64,000 bases of DNA from Chrysomallon squamiferum (taxonomy: Eukaryota; Animalia; Mollusca). This document shows, piece after piece, positions 52,970 through 64,000 of this stretch. A program made the translations under genes and the position numbers. The stretch lies in the NCBI GenBank assembly GCA_012295275.1, contig CM022675.1, positions 5,022,001 to 5,086,000 of the forward strand, read 5' to 3'. Under the pieces are notes generated by a model, which saw only the letters and a list, made by a program, of their open reading frames with translations, searched no databases and was not told the DNA's origin. The stretch's first letter is position 1, and each line of letters opens with the position of its first letter.

Positions 52970-54862
52970 TTAATGATATTTTATTAAGTATTCTGCATAG
53001 CACTGGGTATCGTCAGAATTACAAATATCTTAGTTGGTCTCTGTCATAGAGCTCATCTGGCACAGACTGGTCAACAGGTGGTGGTTTTTTCATTCCTTGT
53101 TCATCTTTTTGTATATTTTCCAACAAGTACTCTCACCCTGAACATAAACCTAGAAAAATATAATCATATTCATTAAATTTTCTTTAACTTAATTACACTA
53201 ATGTCTCTTCAAGCACAAAAAAAAAGAAAAGAAAAAAGGAACACATATGCATTGCTCAAACATGTAATTCTATATTGAATTAATATATATTAATAGTGAT
53301 TAAAACATATTTATAGTAAAAATACATGTTTTAACATGATTTTGACTGCCTTATTGAAATAGAAAAGACAAATTATTAAACATATGTAACTAAAATACTA
53401 AAATCTGAATGTAGCCCATTGAATAAAAATATTAGCTATTAATAAAACACAGCTTTGTTGGTGAAATACGTTCTCAAAGAATTGTTTTTGCTTTGTTTGT
53501 AAGTTTTTTGCAGTGCTTTGGTAGGTCTTTTGACCAGTGACAACTGGGGGTCATTCCCCTGCTTTCTAGCAAATGCTGATCAATTTCAATATTAAAAACG
53601 TGTCACATTCTCTAGGAATGAAATGGTAAATCAATTACTGGGGCAAAACATTTTTTTTTTTGCAGGGGGGGGACGGGGTGCAGATGTCATAATCTGATAT
53701 TGAGGAACTTGTGTAAGTTGAAAAGTAAAAATGTGAAGAAGTAACAAACAACAAATCTTTGTTAATTTCAAGTCTTGTAATTGCTGACATACTCCATTCT
53801 TTTTATTTCCATATAAACTCAATTATATGATAGATACTGGAGTTCAGTAGCAACTTTTAGAGAAAATTGACAAAATTTGATATATTAACAAGTAATATAT
53901 TGCAGAAGATATTCATGCTGACATAGTTGCACAACTCTATCAAGATCAAATTCAAGGAAAACTCATGAAGGGGTCTTATTTTATCATTTAAATGCCTTAG
54001 CACACAAATCTGTGGTTACAATGTGGCCTTGAACTGATTGACAACCTTCCATACTCTACTGCTTTATCACCATCTTATTATCATGTTTTCAAATTTGGAA
54101 AACAATCCAACAACAACTATTTGTTGCAGTACTGAAGCAGTTATGTCAGATGAAGTACTTCTATGCCAAGGGGACCCAAATACTGCAGCATCACTGGAAG
54201 AAGTGTATTGACTGCAATAGGGACTACACTGAAAAATAGACTGTATGTGGTCATATTCCACAAGGGCATGACTTTAGCCTATGAACATTATGTTTTGTGA
54301 CTACTGTTTTCTTTTCTTTTTTCTTTTTTATATAAAAATTGATATGTTTATATTCAAAGATAGACATTTTTGCTTCTATAAAATGAAAAATAATATTTTT
54401 TTCTTTTTGTTTTGATGTAGCTTCTTTTATCAGTTCAGTTTTATAAAAGATTTAGGTTAAAATACTATGCAATCATTAATTATTTGCAAATAAATGAACA
54501 TTCTAAATAGGTTAATGTTAAAATTAACTTTTGAAAACTATTTTTATATGTGTAATATGATTATCAAAACATTTACACACATAGACACACTGAGTTTTAT
54601 TTATTTTCAATTAAATTTTGGACATGTTTATTCTAATGAAACTTTAAAAATTTGTGTTACCTATTTCTTCTTCATTTGGTTCTGTGTAGCCATCAGATGT
54701 TTTGGATTCTGAAGCAAAGTTGGCACCATCACATACATTGCTTGCTTTACCACTCTAAAATCAATACCTTGATTTACAATGCAATCAACAATGTCTGCTT
54801 TGGTACCATGGAACAGTTGTTGCTCATTCGCACCATAATTTCGTTCCATGATTTGTTTTTTC
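52970..54862 (-). pseudogene. Mono-ADP-ribosyltransferase (PARP11/12/14-like) catalytic-domain exons, copy 2
   Basis: Exons 54862-54661 (EQQLFHGTKADIVDCIVNQGIDFR) and 53149-52970 (FMFRVRVLVGKYT..QCYAEYLIKYH*), with several frameshifts and deletions. Confidence 0.88.
53830..54290 (+). mobile_element. Mariner (Tc1/mariner) transposase C-terminal remnant in the PARP copy 2 intron
   Basis: GKLMKG/VLFYH remnant, decayed SPDLAPSDYH-like segment, terminal HWKKCIDCNRDYTEK* (54192-54239). Absent from the 388-bp intron of copy 1. Confidence 0.68.
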
Positions 54863-55315
54863 CTGAAATTTAAAATGGCTTTGTGAAGTCAGAAAAGTTT
54901 GACCCATTTTATCAGTTGTAAATATATGTCTTTGGACATCAGTATAACATGGTTCATATGGAAATCCTGGAAGTATAGTATGGAATTTCAAAATTGATTT
55001 TACTGTTTCTGGTAAATTCCTCATACTTAACTTTGGCTATGAAATTTTTAAAATTATATAATTAAAGATAATTTCTCTCTTTAATCTTTTGACAGATGAA
55101 TTATTTTATAAGTTATAATATTTTTTTTAAACTGCAGTCTTTGATTCATCGATGCTGTCAGACCACATATCTCTGAACATGTGGTTTTCTTAATTTAAAT
55201 TATAACCTAGAATGAATGATGTAATGTGATAAGGTGGATGCAGTCTAATAGGAGTAAATTATAATATTAAGACTTTGGACATGTCTGCTAGTTGTTTTAC
55301 TACTACTACTACCAC

Positions 55316-55370
<55 letters not shown>

Positions 55371-56180
55371 CGTCATGCGATCTAGTTTTCTATGACATAT
55401 AAAAATTCAAAAAAAATGTTTCGAAGGTTTTCATTAAAACGACGTTCTCTTTCAGAACTGATTTACTTTTACCAAAAATCTATAAATTGTCAGTTTGTGC
55501 TGAATGAAGACACGCTTCAGGTTAACTGACATTTAAATCTGCACAAAACCTAACCAAAACCCTAACCAAAATGCTAACCATACTTCAGAAACTCCTCGTA
55601 TGATTTTCCAGGTCTTGCAGCTTTTTCAGCTATTTAAGCTAACCCTGGGCATAAACCTCACTCGTAACAGTGTGATAAAATTAAGGATGTTTTGAAATAA
55701 ATCTAACCAAATCATTTCCTATCACTCACCTAACCTTAACAATGTTTCCAAATAAACTAAGGAAAAACATTTTGATAAATATATATTAAATCACCTAACT
55801 TTAACCCACCATGAAAGATTTACTAAAATATATTTTTTTTTCTCATCATGTTTAACTTTCAAAATAAAAGTGGACTTCATTTGTGTCAGGAACTGAAGTT
55901 TCCATTAGTTAATACTGAATCTCAACTATTTTTAGTCAACATAATTATAAGCTTTTAAGAGTTACGGCCTTTTGTTTATATAAAAATGTGTTCTCCAGCC
56001 AGATCTGTCAATGAATTCATCTTTACTCATTTCACTTCCATCATTAATTCCAGTATAATCATTCCGTCAACAAGCGATAACGTTCTCCAGTCGATTAAGT
56101 ACACACTCCAGTTGTTTCATTTCTTTGTCACTGTTTTCTGAACTTGATCTTTTCCATCTTCATGTTTGTTACAAGCCAGT

Positions 56181-56349
56181 CTGTTATATGTAAGGACCAA
56201 TCGGACACATGTAATATAGACAGTGTTACATTACAGGACCAATCGGACACATGTAATATAGACAGTGTTTCATCACAGGACCAATCGGACACATGTAATA
56301 TAGACAGTGTTACATCACAGGACCAATCGGATACATGTAATATAGACAG
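56181..56349. repeat. 42-bp tandem repeat (about 4 units), each carrying a CCAAT box
   Basis: ggaccaatcgg at 56194, 56236, 56278 and 56320. Confidence 0.92.
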
Positions 56350-56380
56350 CCTTTTTTTCTGTAGGTCGCGAGATCGTTCT
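56190..56380 (-). promoter_or_regulatory. Candidate promoter: four NF-Y-type CCAAT boxes plus a TCGCGAGA motif
   Basis: GGACCAATCGG fits the RRCCAATSR consensus; gtcgcgaga at about 56365; local CpG enrichment; minus-strand AAACATG at 56167-56161. Confidence 0.35.
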
Positions 56381-58250
56381 TGAGCGAGGGTATGTTTTAG
56401 CTTTTTTCAACTTGACTTGGAACGAGGAATACAGAAAATTCGCTATTATCACATAACCATTCTCCGCGGGTAACAATTTTAGCAATTGTAATTTCTTATT
56501 AGAGTTCCGTACTTTTTTGAAGAGTATATGTTTTTCACACCAATCCAGTTGTGAACTGAAGTGTCATATTTATTATGTAAATTTAGTTTTATTGTTAATG
56601 TTATATATTTATTATTGTGGTTGTTGTTGTTGTTCTTTTTTTTTCTTTTTTTTTTTTTGGGTGTTTGTCATGTTTGTTTTTTTAAAAATCATTAATTAAT
56701 TAACTACTTAATTTTATCATTCTACCGTTTGTAATGACGAAATAATATATATCCAAAAAAAACAACAAAAAATACCTGATTCTCCAGTTTTCTATAGTTT
56801 CGACTGTAATCATAATAAAACTTCTGATTGTACTGCTAGAATAACAACTACTACTAAATAAATTAATTAATTAAAATATAAAATACAAAATCAAACAGAA
56901 TCACTTCTCCATCATAACACGCCAGAGGGTAAAACAGAAGTCTAAAATATTTAGTCATTGTTGTTTTCTTACGATCCGTGACAGTCTCCCCAAAACCATA
57001 AAATAATAACTTGCAAGTACAAAGAATTTTATTGTTGTTGTTGTATACAGACTTTAACATAATGAGACGGTCATAACCTTAATTGTATTTCTCAGCCTCT
57101 CGTAACAACAACAGCAACGGTCATAGTAATAATAATGATAAATAAACTGGTCGAGCTATAATTTCTGTATTGGCGTTTTCAGGGTTTGACTCGGTTAACT
57201 AACGGTTTAATTTCTGCTGTATTAGAAATAGCTGAATAATTATTTGTTATAAAAAATAACGTACTGTTGTTAGTGAAATGAGCAAACGTAACGTAGTGTT
57301 TTTTAAAGATAATTTATTAACTTTGATAATTTTTACATGTCAACACTGTTTAAATAGTGTTAGGTGTTATTAGCTTGATCCACAGAATATATTTAATGAT
57401 AACAGTGGATTCTTTAATAGTCTTGTCATTCTGATTGAGGCACATCATGTGATCCAGAAAAAATGTCAGTATTGTTTTTCATTCTTTTTTTTTTTAATGA
57501 CACATCCAAAATCTGCTAAAATTCGCTGAGTTGAAGTCTGTCAGATTTAATTAATAAAAGTTAAAATTATCAAATTTGAATTGACGTTTTATTTACTTCC
57601 AGAAATAATTTTATTAATCTGAAATACATAAACAATTTTTATTAGGTATATATTTGTTTCACAAGCATTATTAAAATTAGAAATACTTTGTATTACTAAA
57701 GAATTAGAACCTTTGTGAAGGGAGACAACTGTAACAGAGCATTACCTACAACGTCATTCAATGATGCGAAATCTTGCATAGAAAAAAATATATATTTATA
57801 TATATATTGTTATACTTGGCGATATACATTCTTGTGTATACAAAATATGATCGAAAATATATTTAAAAAAAGTTGGATTCAACGAAATCGTATCGTTGCT
57901 ACAGCAGAAGAAATCGACTTCGCAACAAAACAAAATACGATTAAAAGAAAAGGTAAATGGTAATTTTAAATAATAGCAATAATAATACAACGCGATCGCT
58001 ATCTGTGACAATAGCATTGTTATTATAATCTGTTTTAATAATATTACAGAACACCACTAAACAAACTAATTTTTGGGGAGAAATTATCAATGAAAGCGGT
58101 AAATAAATAAAAAAATAAATAAATAATGTAAAAAAAAAGAAAAAAAGAAATACTAAAAGATAAATAACATTGGTAATAGAAACGGTGTAGCAGCCTGTGC
58201 GGTATCTTTCCCTCAGCCTCAAAACAATTGTTAATGAATAACGATACATT

Positions 58251-58298
<48 letters not shown>

Positions 58299-58535
58299 TA
58301 TGTATACATAATATAATGTTGATTAAAAATTATGCTGATAATTAGAGATATTACATTTCTAAGTTGTCTCGGAAAGCTTCTTAAATAACACCTAGAGTTG
58401 TCTCTTAAAACAAATAATATACTATTTGAAGTACTAGAAGAATTATTGTACTACTTTTTCACATTAAACTGATTATGATCATGATATATATATATATATA
58501 TATTATATTGGCTTAAAACCGACTCCGTGTATGAC

Positions 58536-58596
<61 letters not shown>

Positions 58597-59325
58597 ACAT
58601 TGACGGTAGTTACAAATATTTATGGAAATTATAGGCCTAACGCTCGGTTTGATCTTTTCTCAAGATAGATCTGAGATATGTCTAGTCGACATATTTATAT
58701 TTCACGCCGATCTTTCTACGTCACTGGAAATCTTTAATTGAAAATAGTTTCGACATTTTTACATTGAGGTCAATGGCTGAAAAGCGCAATAAACTCGTAT
58801 TTTCACATTAGATTTATAAATAAATCTTTATGTAAATGTAAAACCAGGTTTTTACTTTCAACTAGATCATAAGTCATAACTATTCATATTATATAAACTA
58901 AGTGGGAAGGGTGAGGGGACTTGAGCCTTGAGGAGGGGGCGGTAAAATGTCTTTAGCCTATGGGCGACAAGCACATTAAATCCAACCCTGAGTCAGTCAC
59001 ACGGAACTCTCTTTTTTCTTACTTAAGTACCTATCTTTTTTACTTTCCTGTTGTATTTATAAAAATAAATGTTAGTTTAGGTATCTCTGTGTTTGTGTCG
59101 TTTTTATTATTTTATTGTTGTTATTATTATTTATTTATTTACCCTTGTTTTGAAAAGTTTTTATCTTTACAGACGCTAACACAGTATACATATATTGTAA
59201 TAAAATATTTTATCATTGTTAATCTTCATGTACTTAGACATAAATGTATTTGTCTTGACTGATTATTTCATTACTTTGTGTCACTTTTCACTTGATTCAC
59301 ATTAATCACTCTATAATACAGTTTT

Positions 59326-59376
<51 letters not shown>

Positions 59377-59573
59377 TATTAATAATCAAAAGAAATGTTA
59401 CCACAGAACAATGGAAATTTCAGAAATATATTAAAACATATTTACTTTCATATATTTTTATTTAACATTTCAGCACTTCAGGACAAGACACCCAAAAAGG
59501 TGAATACACCCTTCATTTGATTATTTTCTACTTTGTTACTGATAATAGATGATAGAATAGATTCAAACATTGA

Positions 59574-59635
<62 letters not shown>

Positions 59636-59842
59636 TTTTGTTATAAGAGAAATAAACTTTAAATGTAGTGCCATTATGAATTGTTTGATGGGATTATTTG
59701 TTGTTTTAACGCATATATGCGATATCTTACACAGACTACACAGTTTAAAATGCAATGCAGATAAAACAAAGGAAAATGATTATTTATTTCCAATCTCTCT
59801 GAGTTGCCATACTTGTAAATTTTTATTTTATTTTAATTTATT

Positions 59843-59874
<32 letters not shown>

Positions 59875-60056
59875 CAGACAATGTTTTCACACCTATATAA
59901 AACCTTGGTAAATTCCTGGACAATAATTAGCAACTTATTGTAGTGTGAGTTCTAAGCTTTGTGATTTTATGTGGTGCATTAACATAAATTAAGAAGAAGA
60001 AAGAAAAAAAAGGGTGAAAAAAAAAATAACAACACCGTTTATTTGAAAAAAGAACC

Positions 60057-60125
60057 ATATCGATTTATAATTAGTACGTATATGTTACTAAAGGTTTATG
60101 TTCCTTTATTTATTTTATTTGTTTT

Positions 60126-60165
<40 letters not shown>

Positions 60166-60445
60166 TTTGCAGAAAAATGCGGGATAATTGCCGGTGTTTA
60201 CGGATTTACGATTGGCTAATAATGAGAGAGGGAAAAAAAAAAAAAAAAAAAAAAAAAATAAAATAATAAAAAATAAATATAATAAAAAAAAAATAACAAT
60301 ATCGATTTATAATTAGTACGTATATTTGATAAAGGTTATTTTGTTCCTTTATTTATTTCATTTGATTTGAACTTTTTTTTTTTTTTTTTTTTTTTTTATT
60401 AGTTTCGGAAAAATGCGGGATGATTGCCGGTCTTTACGGATTTAC
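60057..60445. repeat. Direct duplication of about 150 bp (60057-60208 and 60299-60445)
   Basis: atatcgatttataattagtacgtatat...poly-T...aaaaatgcgggat.attgccggt.tttacggatttac present twice. Confidence 0.85.
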
Positions 60446-61413
60446 TTTTGTATTTGACGTTTGAAGAATTTTATTCAGAATTGATGTAATCGCATTATCA
60501 ACCAACAAAGAAGTTGCTTAAAACATTTCAGGAGACAGGTATTACTATTTATTATTATTGTTGTTAAAGTGTTTGGATTTTTTTGGTTTTATTTAATTAT
60601 GATTTAAAAGTCATACCACATGATGGCAGCCATCTTATTCGGGAACAATAATTATTTATTTATTTATTTATTATATATTTTTTTTCAAATAACGACTCTC
60701 GATTATAAATAAAATTCACCAGTGGTTGTACTAATGTGAACAGCATACACAACATCATATAAACAAGAAATCATGATTAATAAAACAGTTTTAAAAAATA
60801 TGCCAATTTTCTTTGACAGGTTGTTTTCTGCCAGGTTATTTATGATTTAGTATTTTTAAAGATTTATGTTAAATTGCTGACTTGCTCTATATATTATTAA
60901 ACATATTTAAAATATTTTTTAACCATATTAAAGGTTATAATAGGTGGGGCCCTAAATGCTTTCATATTATTAAAGCTAAATAACTGTATAACTCTGTTAA
61001 CATCAAAAACTAATAAATTTGAATAAATATTTAAAAAAAAAAATATGACCAGGTTATTTTGATATGCAGATACAGTAAAATATTAATAAAATTATTTGTT
61101 ATAATAAATATTTAACACACACACAAACACACAAAAGATACTAATACACTGTACAATCTCCATGCACAAAACATTACTAAAATGATTCTTTTTTGAAGCA
61201 GGTGTCTTATGCAGATAATATGACTAATACTAAGACATCCAAAACTATTTACCTCTGTATCTATGGATAATGTACCTGGCTGACATTATTTGTTTCATCA
61301 AACATATATGTATTACAACATGTTAAATTCATACAGTATAAACCTATGAATGTACGAGGTCTGAGTTCTGTCGAGCAGTGGCAAAGCCGACCTAAAAAGC
61401 AACACACAAAGAA

Positions 61414-63559
61414 ATGAAGCATATTGATATTCAGAATGCCAGGCAGGACACTCCTCACATTCCACATTGCATGTTGACACAGGCAATGGAAGATGGTGAT
61501 ATGGACATTGACATTCATGTTCGGCAGGAAACTGCTGCAATTCCATATGGTGCTCCCCAAAACTGTGGCAGTGCTAAGGCAGTTTCAAATCCTGTGCTGC
61601 CAAGGCCTGCACCTTTGCTCAGTGTAACTGATTGGAAAACTCACCTGGAGGCCTTTATGTTGTCATTTACTCAGAATTCCCTGCCACTGTGCATGGTCCC
61701 CAAAATGATAGAATATGCTAAAGAAATTGCTAGAGGTAAAAAGGCAATGGATGCCCTATCATGCAAGCGTGAAGGACTTGGTACTTTGTGTCACAATTGC
61801 CTACTCAATGACTTTAAACAAAGTTTCTTTTTGATGAACATGGACAACAACAAAACGGTGCTCTCTACATTAGTTAGCTACTTCTTTGAGTCACAGCAAG
61901 AGGCTGTAGTCGAACACTTCGAGTCTGAAGACATGACAGTTGTGAATTCTCAGAAACTTCTGGATTTTGTCTTGAAAACTTTTGAGAGGTACCAAATTCC
62001 ACTAACAAACCTAATATCCAATTTGTCACATTCTACAAATTATATGAGAGGAAAACATGCCGGAATTGAAACCCTGTTGAGAGAAAAGGTTCCCCATCTG
62101 TGTGACATTGATGGTGATATCTGTCACCACATACACAACAGTGTTCAGAAATTCTGTGTTCATCTTGGGCATGTAGTTGAATGACTTGCACATGGATTTT
62201 AAGTGGAGCCCAGATATACGCGAGTCATTCCAAGAGGTATGCTTCATTCTTGGAATAAGCTACACAATGCTTGCCGAATAAGTTGCACATCAGTGGCTAT
62301 GTGTATATGACAAAGAACTTGCCAATGCTGAATGCATTCCGATTCATCTATTTTGACTGAGTACCTACCAGTGGTGGTCTGAAATGTGCTTACACACCAG
62401 TTGTTGCAAACTCCTTTCAAAAGTCTCCATGAAAGGATCTATAGCATCATAAACAATATGAAGCACAAGAAGATGAAACAGGTTGGAAAAAGCCACAAGG
62501 AAAGAATTGTGACCAGGGTACTCTATAAATATGAACAAATATGAACTTAAATTTATACTCAGCCCTACTGCCCATGTTCAAATCTATGATCCTCATGTTT
62601 GAACTAAAGCAACGGATGATACATAGGTTACATGATGAGATGGTTCACCTCTTCCATCACTTCTTAGCATGTTTCCTGTGGCATGAGGTCCTCAGAGATA
62701 CTAATTTCAAACAGTTGAAGAGAATTGATGTAGAAGATGAGGCAAATCACCTTCCCATCCAGTCCATATTCACTGGATCAGCCACACAGTCCATTGTTGA
62801 TGAAGTGAAGAAGAAACCTATCCAAAGAAAGGAGGCTGTTGAATTCATGGAAACAGAGAAGAAAACACTTACAGTCTCCTCTAAATACATGCAGCAGAAG
62901 CTCCACTTGGAGAATGTATTGGAAAATTCAGGGACAATCCATGGCATGTGGTGCATTGACAAAATTGAAGGACTTCATGCCCACTGTGTTGGAGGCATCT
63001 CATTTGCAAGTAGATCAAGACCTACCACCAGCAGAAGTTGATGGAAAGCCTGTTCAGTTAGACCATTGGTGGGTTAAAATGCTTGGGAGGTATCCCATAT
63101 TGGCTAAAGTAGTCAAGGCATGTCTAAGCATTTTTACAGGACCCCATATTGAACAATCGTTCAGTCAGATGAATGACATTGTCAAAAAGAAGTCAAACCC
63201 TTTTAGAAATGGCCAGCTACTCTGCAATGCAGAGTGTCTGATATGATTTTCTGCCAGGCATACCAGCTCCATCCAGGCATTCCATCCCGATGACATTCTC
63301 AGAATCCTGCATGGTTTACACTAAAACTGTTGTTGCTAGGTACAAGAACAAGTTTGAACAAGCTAAGCTGGAGCTTGAACAAAAAGCCAAAAGGCTCAAG
63401 TTGAACCACAAGGCAAAACAAGTGAACAGAAGTGTAGGTGGTAAAACAACCTTGGTGCACAGAGCTGCTGAACAAATCAAAAACTATTTAAAAAATAAAA
63501 AATCAACCCACCAGCGACAGCTTAGTGGTTCCCTAAGTTTTATAAAAATATTTTCCTGA
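61414..63559 (+). mobile_element. Decayed hAT-superfamily DNA transposase
   Basis: Consecutive ORFs with STNYMRGKHAGIE..PHLCDIDGDICHHIHN (CxxH-like) and C-terminal LDHWW..YPILAKVVKACLSIFTGPHIEQSFSQM (hAT dimerisation domain). Intronless, broken by stops and frameshifts. Confidence 0.8.
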
Positions 63560-63776
63560 TTTGTTTTGTTAGGCTGTTCTCATCTGTGCCAGTGCATCAT
63601 GAAATGTAGAGACCCTGTATCAGCATCACACAAATCCAGGCCATTTTCCAGAGAAGGGATACAAGAGAGTAACGAAACATCATCCAAGCAACGGTCTGGT
63701 GTCAGGTAATGTCAGGCCTGTGTTAGAATGTTTTCAGAAACCTCTTAACAGTGGCAAGGTATGTTTAGGGATGGTT

Positions 63777-63807
<31 letters not shown>

Positions 63808-64000
63808 AATATTGCATGAATGATAATATTGCCAAAAAATACCATTTATCATAAAAAAAAAGATAATAAAGTATCATGTTCATGTTGGAATTACCAAAAG
63901 CTTTGTTTACCATTCATGTTAAATATTTTATGTAGGTCATGGCAGTATTGTTCAGTTGCTGTCTAGAAAGGGAATTTACGTTTATGGAGAAGGATGAATC

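Noticed and set aside
56144-56383. ORF with QDQSDTCNIDSVTS repeats
   Set aside because: The 42-bp unit is a multiple of three, so an open frame is expected; non-ATG start and no domain.

Overview
AT-rich, microsatellite-dense eukaryotic (metazoan) DNA with GT-AG introns and a 200-N assembly gap at 14652-14851. An invertebrate, probably molluscan, source is my inference from the EGFR and guanylyl-cyclase sequences. The window is mostly decayed genes and transposons. A block containing a receptor guanylyl cyclase gene (+) and a convergent mono-ADP-ribosyltransferase/PARP gene (-) occurs twice (1-14.65 kb and 45.1-55.4 kb), and all four gene copies are disrupted. Between the blocks lie a multi-exon EGFR pseudogene, LRR exon remnants, an intact 87-aa TOPORS-like RING ORF, and remnants of LINE ORF1, KRBA2/GIN-type integrase, piggyBac, I/Nimb-type LINE and Gypsy elements. 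Mariner and hAT remnants lie further right. The most striking feature is a ~3.1-kb 29-bp minisatellite in the intron of PARP copy 1 whose seed appears only once at the same position in copy 2. I found no CRISPR array, rRNA or tRNA, and no intact novel multi-gene system. The findings concern genome evolution and were aligned by eye, so identity figures are rough.
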